Origin: Gemmatales bacterium
GTDB lineage: Bacteria > Planctomycetota > Planctomycetia > Gemmatales > Gemmataceae
Length of the DNA stretch: 15,682 bases
Direction: 5' to 3'
Assembly: GCA_038217425.1 (NCBI GenBank)
Contig: JBBQPM010000165.1
Span: forward strand, 1 to 15,682
Positions within the stretch are counted from its first letter, which is position 1. Each line of letters opens with the position of its first letter. Below are positions 1 through 6,816 of the stretch, piece after piece. The notes below the pieces were generated by a model. That model was not told the origin of the DNA. It saw only the letters and a program-made list of their open reading frames with translations, and did not search any database. The position numbers were made by a program, and so were the translations under genes.

Positions 1-63
1 GCGGGCTTACGCCGCGCCGCTCGCCATGATGCCTCATTCTCACCCGCGTGCAGTATATATGAG

Positions 64-80
64 TCGGCCCTTCAGGCCGA
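64..80. other. Short perfect hairpin TCGGCC-cttca-GGCCGA upstream of the first CDS
   Basis: 6-bp inverted repeat read directly, 28 nt before the start codon. Function unknown. Confidence 0.35.
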
Positions 81-107
81 ATGACATGAATTTTACGGAG
101 GAACACG

Positions 108-362
108 ATGACGCATGTGGAACGTGTCGAAGAATACATCATCAAGCTCATTCATCGCGAGCCGTTCTTTCCCTTCGTGATGGATATGGCAGACGGTTCG
201 ACGCTCGAGATTCCTCACGGAAGATTGGCTATCGCGGGCGGCGGAGCGGTATTCCTTAGCCCCGACGACGGCTTTGTGGATTTTCAGTTCAAGAATGTGC
301 GAAGGATCGCTCCGATCGTCCCAGTCCCCTTCGTGCCGATCGATTTCGGAGTTTCCAGATGA
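108..362 (+). CDS. Small conserved hypothetical protein (84 aa), planctomycete-type 'PF.PF...MADG..LEIPH' family
   Basis: ORF with a GGAGGA-type RBS at about 97-102. The stop overlaps the next start (ATGA, 359-362). The sequence REPFFPFVMDMADGSTLEIPHGRLAI resembles small proteins common in planctomycete genomes. Confidence 0.7.
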   Translation: MTHVERVEEYIIKLIHREPFFPFVMDMADGSTLEIPHGRLAIAGGGAVFLSPDDGFVDFQFKNVRRIAPIVPVPFVPIDFGVSR

Positions 363-2878
363 CGACGTCCCGCGCGACTTGCTTTGGCGTTTGCGTTCTA
401 ACGCTTGTCGGGGCCGTGCGCGGAGACGCTCAGGACGGCAACGTGCCGCCTGGATTCCAGGAGCACATCCGCCCCTTCCTCGCCGCCCACTGCGTGAGCT
501 GTCACGGCGCCAAGAAACCCAAGGGCGATCTCCGCCTCGACAACCTCCCCGCCGACTTCGGCGACAAGAAGACTGCGGAGATCTGGGCCAACGTCTACGC
601 CCGATTGCGCGACGGCGAAATGCCCCCCAGGAAACAGCCGCAACCCAAGGCCGACGACGCCAAGAAAATCCTCAACTGGATCGCGGAGCAGACGAAGTCC
701 ACGACTCGGCCCTTGCTCAATCGCCGGCTCAATCGCTACGAGTTCGAGTACTCGCTGCGCGATTTGCTCGATCTCCCGGGGCTCGAAGTCAAGGAACTGC
801 TCCCGCGCGACGGCGAAAGCGAAGGCTTCGACACGGTCGGCGACGGTCTGGATATTTCCTACGTGCAGATGGCGCGTTTTCTGGAGGCGGCCGACCTGGC
901 GCTCGATCAGGCGGCGGCGACCGGGCTGGCGCCGATTCGGCCCGACACGCGCAAGATCCGTTTTTGGCCGCAGGACGCCGGCGATTGGGTCAATCGCATG
1001 GGGAGCGGTTCCACCATTCCGCTCGGCGATTCAGGCGCCCACCCGGTGCTCGATCGCGAGAAGGGCGTCGTCGCGCTCAAGGCCGCGGAGCTACGCAAGC
1101 TGCCGCGCTTCAAGGCCGTCGCCACGTTCTTTCACTCCGACTCGTCCGCCCAGCATCGCTTCTCGGGCGACGTCCGCATCCCTGTGGCCGGGCTCTACAA
1201 ACTCACGATTTCCGCCTACACGTTCGACTGGAACAAGGGCCAGGTCGAACCCGCGAAACTCGCCCGGCCCTACTCCATCAGCACCGACACGCGCGTGCTC
1301 GGCTACTTCGACGCGCCCCCCAACGAAGCGGGCCTCAGCACCGTGACGGTCTGGCTGGAGCCGACCGACAGCATCCACTTCAACGCCGTCAATCTGCGGC
1401 ACGGCCATGGCCTGGCCAAGGGGGCGATGAGTTACGCGGGGCCCGCCATTGCCGTCGAATGGGTCGAAGCCGAGGGACCGATCCTCAAGACCTGGCCCAC
1501 GCTCGCGCGCACCCGGCTCTTCGGCGATCTCCCCCTCGCCGAATGGCAGGCGAAGTCCAAGCTGCACAAGCCGTCCCGGCCCAAGGGAATCACGCACTAT
1601 TTTACCCCGACCTCGACCGACCCCATGGTCGACGCCGAACGCTTGATTAAGGAATTCACTTACCGCGCCTGCCGTCGGCCGCTCACCAAGGAACGCGTCG
1701 AGCCGTTCCTCAAACTCGTGAAGGCCCGGCTCGATCAGCAATCGTCCTTCGAGGACGCCATGCGCACTGCGTACAAGGCCGTGCTCGTCTCGCCCCACTT
1801 CCTCTTCCTGCGCAGCGAGCCGGGCAAGATCGATCACTTCGCGGTGGGGAGCCGACTTTCGTATTTCCTGTGGAGTTCGCTCCCCGACGACGACCTGCTC
1901 AACCGTACCAACACCAGGCAAATCCTTCAGCCGGCGATGATGAAGACGCAGACCGATCGGCTCCTGGACGATCCCAAGTTCGAACGCTTCCTCGACAGTT
2001 TCCTGGGCCAATGGCTCAAGCTCCGCGAGATCGGCAGCAATCAGCCCGATCGCCAACTCTATCCCGAGAGCGAACTCGAGTCGGACATCAGCCATTATCT
2101 TTTCGACTCGATGGCCAACGAAACCCGGCAATTCTTCGCGAACATGATCAAGAAGGATCTGAGCGTCACGCATCTCGTCGACTCGGATTTCGCGTTCGTC
2201 AACGAACCGCTGGCGAAGCTCTACGGTCTCAAGGACGTGTACGGGTCGGCGTTGCGCGAAGTGCCGCTCCCCGCGAACGGCGAACGCGGCGGCATCGTGA
2301 CCCAGGCGAGCGTGCTGAAGGTCTCCGCGAACGGCACGACGACCTCGCCGGTCGTGCGCGGCGTGTTCGTGACGAGCCGGCTGCTGGGCCGACCGATCCC
2401 GCCGCCGCCTCCGAACATCACCGGCATCGACCCCGACGTTCGCGGCGCCACCACCATTCGCGAGCAGCTCGCCAAGCATCGCGACAACGCGTCGTGCTTC
2501 GCGTGCCACGCCAAGATGGACCCGCCTGGCTTCGCGCTGGAGAGCTTCGACGTGCTGGGCCGATTCCGCGAACGCTATCGATTTCTGGACAACGGCCGAA
2601 TGAATCCCAAGGGCCCGCTTGTGGATTCCAGCGGCGAAACCGAGGATGGGCAGAAGTATCAGAGCATCGCCGAGTTCCGCAAGATCGTGCTCGCCGACCC
2701 GGCGCCCCTCGCGCGCAATCTCGTCACCAAGCTGATGGTCTACGCGATCGGCGCTCCGCTCACCCCGGCCGATCGGCTCGAGGTCGACGCCATCGTCGAA
2801 CGCCTGCGCGCCAAGAATTTCGGCGTCCGTTCGATGATTCACGAGGTGGTGCAGAGCAAGGCGTTCCGTCAGGAATGA
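359..2878 (+). CDS. Secreted planctomycete cytochrome-like protein (DUF1587/DUF1592/DUF1588/DUF1585 architecture, two CxxCH motifs)
   Basis: N-terminal signal-like segment. CVSCH in 'IRPFLAAHCVSCHGAKKPKGDLRLDNL', 'LNRRLNRYEFEYSLRDLLDL' (DUF1587-like), 'CFACHAKMDPPGFALESFDVLGRFRERY' (DUF1588-like), and C-terminal 'LVTKLMVYAIGAPLTPADR' (DUF1585-like). Confidence 0.9.
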   Translation: MTTSRATCFGVCVLTLVGAVRGDAQDGNVPPGFQEHIRPFLAAHCVSCHGAKKPKGDLRLDNLPADFGDKKTAEIWANVYARLRDGEMPPRKQPQPKADDAKKILNWIAEQTKSTTRPLLNRRLNRYEFEYSLRDLLDLPGLEVKELLPRDGESEGFDTVGDGLDISYVQMARFLEAADLALDQAAATGLAPIRPDTRKIRFWPQDAGDWVNRMGSGSTIPLGDSGAHPVLDREKGVVALKAAELRKLPRFKAVATFFHSDSSAQHRFSGDVRIPVAGLYKLTISAYTFDWNKGQVEPAKLARPYSISTDTRVLGYFDAPPNEAGLSTVTVWLEPTDSIHFNAVNLRHGHGLAKGAMSYAGPAIAVEWVEAEGPILKTWPTLARTRLFGDLPLAEWQAKSKLHKPSRPKGITHYFTPTSTDPMVDAERLIKEFTYRACRRPLTKERVEPFLKLVKARLDQQSSFEDAMRTAYKAVLVSPHFLFLRSEPGKIDHFAVGSRLSYFLWSSLPDDDLLNRTNTRQILQPAMMKTQTDRLLDDPKFERFLDSFLGQWLKLREIGSNQPDRQLYPESELESDISHYLFDSMANETRQFFANMIKKDLSVTHLVDSDFAFVNEPLAKLYGLKDVYGSALREVPLPANGERGGIVTQASVLKVSANGTTTSPVVRGVFVTSRLLGRPIPPPPPNITGIDPDVRGATTIREQLAKHRDNASCFACHAKMDPPGFALESFDVLGRFRERYRFLDNGRMNPKGPLVDSSGETEDGQKYQSIAEFRKIVLADPAPLARNLVTKLMVYAIGAPLTPADRLEVDAIVERLRAKNFGVRSMIHEVVQSKAFRQE

Positions 2879-2946
2879 CGACGTTCGCATCTTAACGAAA
2901 CCTTCGCGCGTTGCGTTCGCGTCCTTCATACGCCATCCGCATCATT

Positions 2947-4392
2947 ATGCAGATGACGTACGACGCGGACGTGATCGTGGCAGGCAGCGGCGCCGGGGGC
3001 GCGACCTTGGCGTACGCATGCGCCCGTGCCGGCAAGAGCGTGCTGCTCCTGGAACGGGGCGACCGCTATCCCCCGCCCGAATCGACCGCCGACGAGCAGA
3101 CGATGCTCATCGACAAGAAGCCGTACGACGATCGCCCTATCGACGTCAACGGCACGGCGCGTCGGCTGTACATGGGAGGCGTACTGGGGGGTGGCACCGC
3201 GCTCTTCGGCGCCGCCCTGATGCGGGCCCACCCCGACGACTTTCATCCCGGCAAACACTACGGCGACCGCCTGCCTCGCCACCTCTGGGATTGGCCCCTC
3301 ACCTACGAAGATCTTCGGGACGACTACGCCGACGCCGAACGTCTCTTCGCCGTCTCCGGCAGCGCCGCCTACGCTGGCGCCCTGCTTCCGCTTCATCCGC
3401 TGAACCAGCGTTTGATGTCGGCGAATCGCGAAGAGGGTCTTCAGCCGTTTCGCCTCCCCCTGGCGATCGACGCGAGCAAGTGCCTGGAGTGCCGAGCCTG
3501 CCCGGGGTTCGTGTGTCCGACCGGCGCCCGACGTTCGTCGGCGCAGCTTGTGGACGGGCCCAATCTGCCGGGCCTGCGCGTCCTCACCGGCATCGACGTC
3601 GAGCGGCTCGACCTTGCGGACGGCTTCCACGTCATCGAACGCGCCACGAGCCGGCGCACCGTATATCGTGCGCGCCGCTACGTGCTCGCCGCCGGCGCCA
3701 TCGGCTCGCCGCTACTGCTCTTGCGGTCGGGTCTGGAGCATCCGCAGCTCGGTCGCAACTACATGATGCATCTGTCGCCGATCGTCGTCGGGATTTTCGC
3801 CAGGCGCCTGGAGACTGACGCGGGATTCCTCAAGCAGGTCGGCTTCACCGATTACTATTTCGGCACCGGGACATATCCGCACAAGCTCGGCTTGGTGCAA
3901 TCGCTGCCGCTGCCGGGGCCGTTGATGCTCGCCAAGGCGCTCCCCTGGATGCCCAGCGCGGTGCGGGAGTTTCTGCGTCGGCGCATGTTGCCTCTCGTGG
4001 GGATCGTGGAAGATTTGCCGAATCCCGAGAATCGCGTGTCGTGGGGTGCGGACGGTAAGCCGGCGCTGCGGCATCGCTTCAGCCCGTACGATCTCGAGCG
4101 AGGCAAGCAACTCGCGGGGTTGACGGCCCAGATACTCAAACGCGCCGGCGCCTGGACGTGTGCGACGAGCAGCTTCGCCTCCAGCGAGCACGTCGCCCAT
4201 CAATGCGGCACGCTTCGCTTCGGCTCCGATCCGAAGCACGCCGTCCTGGACCGCGACTGCCGGCTGCATCAGCATCCGCACGTCTTCGCGGTCGACGGCA
4301 GCTTCCTGCCGACGTCGCTCGGCGTCGGGCCGGCGCTCACGATCATTGCCAACGCCCTGCGCGTCGCCCGCATTGTTGCGAGCGAAGTTTGA
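2947..4392 (+). CDS. GMC-family FAD-dependent oxidoreductase
   Basis: N-terminal FAD-binding motif 'DVIVAGSGAGGATLAYACARAGKSVLLLERG'. Cys cluster CLECRACPGFVCPTGA. C-terminal GMC signature 'HVAHQCGTLRFGSDP...AVDGSFLPTSLGVGPALTIIANALRVA'. The ORF is open from 2911; ATG 2947 is the more likely start. Confidence 0.88.
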   Translation: MQMTYDADVIVAGSGAGGATLAYACARAGKSVLLLERGDRYPPPESTADEQTMLIDKKPYDDRPIDVNGTARRLYMGGVLGGGTALFGAALMRAHPDDFHPGKHYGDRLPRHLWDWPLTYEDLRDDYADAERLFAVSGSAAYAGALLPLHPLNQRLMSANREEGLQPFRLPLAIDASKCLECRACPGFVCPTGARRSSAQLVDGPNLPGLRVLTGIDVERLDLADGFHVIERATSRRTVYRARRYVLAAGAIGSPLLLLRSGLEHPQLGRNYMMHLSPIVVGIFARRLETDAGFLKQVGFTDYYFGTGTYPHKLGLVQSLPLPGPLMLAKALPWMPSAVREFLRRRMLPLVGIVEDLPNPENRVSWGADGKPALRHRFSPYDLERGKQLAGLTAQILKRAGAWTCATSSFASSEHVAHQCGTLRFGSDPKHAVLDRDCRLHQHPHVFAVDGSFLPTSLGVGPALTIIANALRVARIVASEV

Positions 4393-4405
4393 ATCCGGAG
4401 TCCGC

Positions 4406-5332
4406 ATGAGATTGCCCTTTCCGAAAGTTCGCCGAGAGCAGTTCCGCCAGGCCCGCCAGGTTCACGGCGGCTTCTGGAATTTCCTCGTCGCCATCCTCGG
4501 CGTCAAGCTCGCGCGGCTGCACATCCCGACCGGGAAGCTACGGACCTCGCTGTACCGCAAGATCTTTAACAAGAAATACCCTCCTGGCATCAACGAGGCC
4601 GAAACGGAACGGCCTCTCTCGGCGTATCCCTCGCTCAACGCCCTGTTCACGCGCGGCATCAAACCCGAGTGCCGGCCGATCGCGACCGGCACGCCGCAGT
4701 TTCTCTCGCCCTGCGACGGGACCGTTCAAGATCTCGGCCGACTCGACCGCGACAAGCTCCTCACGCTCAAGAGCATCGAATACACGCTCCCGTCGCTGCT
4801 CCCGGAGGTCGACACTCGGCCGTTCGAGAACGGGCACTACGCGATCGTCTTCTTGTCGCCGATCGATTGTCATCGCGTCTTCAGCCCGCAGGACGGCCGA
4901 CTCGAAGAGGTGATCCACATCCCCGGGTATCGGCTGCCGGTCCATCCCCCCTGTCAGCGTGCGGAGTTTCCGGTGTATTCGCTGAACGAGCGCATGATCT
5001 TGCGATTGTCGACGCCGCTGGGGCCTTGCCTGGTGGTGATGATCGCGGGCTGGGGCGTCGGGAACATCACGTTGCCCGGGGCGGCGGACTTCCGCCCGCG
5101 CCGTCGGGCGCTGTCCAAGAAGACCTGGTCGAAGCCGCTGGAGGTCCGCCGCGGCGACTGGATCGCGACGTTCGAACTCGGTTCCACGGCGGTGCTGATC
5201 ACGCCCCCCGGCGTCCACGTGCAAACGCTCGTCACCCCCAACCAGAAGGTCCAGTATGGCCAGCCTCTCTTTACTTACGCCGACCAGGGCGGAACCGATC
5301 GAGCAGCGCGTGCTGTTCCTCGATCGACTTGA
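4406..5332 (+). CDS. psd: Phosphatidylserine decarboxylase (pyruvoyl enzyme precursor)
   Basis: Motifs 'LSPCDGTVQDLG', 'YAIVFLSPIDCHRVFSPQDGRLEEV' and the self-processing site 'FELGSTAVL' (LGST at 5177-5188). The provided ORF opens at 4160 inside the GMC gene, but homology-like sequence begins at ATG 4406, 13 nt after the GMC stop. Confidence 0.9.
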   Translation: MRLPFPKVRREQFRQARQVHGGFWNFLVAILGVKLARLHIPTGKLRTSLYRKIFNKKYPPGINEAETERPLSAYPSLNALFTRGIKPECRPIATGTPQFLSPCDGTVQDLGRLDRDKLLTLKSIEYTLPSLLPEVDTRPFENGHYAIVFLSPIDCHRVFSPQDGRLEEVIHIPGYRLPVHPPCQRAEFPVYSLNERMILRLSTPLGPCLVVMIAGWGVGNITLPGAADFRPRRRALSKKTWSKPLEVRRGDWIATFELGSTAVLITPPGVHVQTLVTPNQKVQYGQPLFTYADQGGTDRAARAVPRST

Positions 5333-6803
5333 CCCGGCAGCGCCAATGCGAGCCCGGTTCGTGGCGCTGGTCAGTTCCTTCTCCATTCACCTGGGCGATA
5401 CTGCCGCCGCCGAGGCGGAGCGGGTTGCGCGGGAGCGTCTGCGAACAACGGCCGACCGCGTCGTGGCGATTCGCGCGGGGAACTCCGAGACCGGGCTGCG
5501 CCGTTACGGATTCGCGTATCCGCTCGTGCCGGGCTATCTGCGCAGCTGCTTCGTCTCGGACGCCGAGCTGTTCGCGGCCATCGACAAGATTCGGCAGGCG
5601 CCGACAGCGCGGAAGTGCGTCGCCGTGCTCGGCGCCAATCGCCCCTGGCGCGACGCGCTTCGCGAACATCGGGCGCGTGGCATCGTGTCGGCGTGCCTCA
5701 CCGGCGTCTGCTTCGTGCTTTCGCTGCTGCTCTTGGGCCATCTCGCCGCCCTGGTGCTCCGCCTGCTCGCGCGCTGGCGGCCTGCCTTGCGGCGCTGGAA
5801 CGTCGATACCCTGACCCCCGGCTCCTTCGACGAATTGCTCACCCTGTGCAACCCGTACAACTTCCAGCACGTCAAGGTCGTCGGCTACAACAACGGCGTC
5901 GTCCACTTCGGGCATCGCTATCCCGGCAAGACCGTCGTCTCCACCGTCCGCTGCAATCGCGTCGTCCGCGCCGGCGTCGACGTCCTCAAGGCCGACTGCG
6001 GCGCCACGATTCGCAAGGCGACCGACTTCCTCGCCGCCGACGACCGCGAGCTCTTCGTCGTCCCAAATTACTCGTACGTCAGCCTGGGTACGGCGTTCTT
6101 CGTTCCCATTCATGGCTCCGCCTCGGATGCGTCGACCGTCGCCGAGACGATCGTCCGCGTGCTGCTCTACGATCCCGCCGACGACCGCTTCATTCTCGCT
6201 TCGAGCGATGAGCCGGCCTTCCGCGATCGGGTGTACGACCTCGCGAGCAACGTGCTCGTTCTGCGACTTTGGCTCCGCGTCAAGCCGAAGGCCCGCTACT
6301 TCCTGCAACAAGAGGACGCCCTGAATCCCGGCAGCGCCGAATTGCTGAGTGCGCTGCGCGACGTGCGGGCGACCAACGTCGAGATCCGCAAGGCCAGCGC
6401 CGCCTCGGCGACGGTGCGGATCGCGCGCTACTATCATGCGGCGGGTACCGGGACTTTGGAGATGCCGCGCGATGTGCTGGGACGGTTGTGGGATCGTCTC
6501 GAGGAGAACGCGATCACGTCGTACTTGATGCATCTGCTCACGCGGCGGCTCGCCTGGCATGTCGAGCTGTTTTTCACGGCCGAGGAGTTCGCGCTCTTTT
6601 GGCAGACGCACACGTCGGCGCCGCTCAAGAAGATCCAGCTTCGCTACATTCGCCGGGACGGCTGGCAGCATTCGCCGTTCCGCGATCATGACTGCATCTC
6701 GGCGGATCTGTTCCTGTTTCGCTGGCAGCGCGCGAAGTTCGAGGCGTACTTGAAGCAGACGTTCGGCGTCGTCCGTTCGAATCCGGGCAAGCACAGCAAC
6801 TAG
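5256..6803 (+). CDS. FAD-binding (PCMH/VAO-type, FAD_binding_4-like) oxidoreductase with N-terminal transmembrane extension
   Basis: 'VVGYNNGVVHFGHRYPGKTVVSTVRCNRVVRAGVDVLKADCGATIRKATDFLAADDRELFVVPNYSYVSLGTAFFVPIHGSASDAS' resembles the FAD-binding core of the VAO/PCMH family. One strong TM segment (IVSACLTGVCFVLSLLLLGHLAALVLRLLA). The start is ambiguous: ATG 5256 overlaps psd, and ATG 5346 lies after it. Confidence 0.6.
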   Translation: MASLSLLTPTRAEPIEQRVLFLDRLDPAAPMRARFVALVSSFSIHLGDTAAAEAERVARERLRTTADRVVAIRAGNSETGLRRYGFAYPLVPGYLRSCFVSDAELFAAIDKIRQAPTARKCVAVLGANRPWRDALREHRARGIVSACLTGVCFVLSLLLLGHLAALVLRLLARWRPALRRWNVDTLTPGSFDELLTLCNPYNFQHVKVVGYNNGVVHFGHRYPGKTVVSTVRCNRVVRAGVDVLKADCGATIRKATDFLAADDRELFVVPNYSYVSLGTAFFVPIHGSASDASTVAETIVRVLLYDPADDRFILASSDEPAFRDRVYDLASNVLVLRLWLRVKPKARYFLQQEDALNPGSAELLSALRDVRATNVEIRKASAASATVRIARYYHAAGTGTLEMPRDVLGRLWDRLEENAITSYLMHLLTRRLAWHVELFFTAEEFALFWQTHTSAPLKKIQLRYIRRDGWQHSPFRDHDCISADLFLFRWQRAKFEAYLKQTFGVVRSNPGKHSN

Positions 6804-6816
6804 GAGAGCCGTGATC

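Noticed and set aside
274-1650. 458-aa plus-strand ORF in an alternate frame
   Set aside because: Arg/Pro/Ser-rich shadow frame of the 359-2878 gene with no recognisable motifs.
1091-2929. 612-aa minus-strand ORF opposite the DUF1592-type gene
   Set aside because: Low-complexity, Arg/Glu/Val-rich translation typical of antisense frames in high-GC DNA. The plus-strand 839-aa frame has clear domain motifs and a signal peptide.
4160-4405. N-terminal extension of the psd ORF
   Set aside because: Lies within the C-terminal coding region of the GMC gene and translates to Arg/Ser/Pro-rich sequence. PSD-like sequence begins at ATG 4406.
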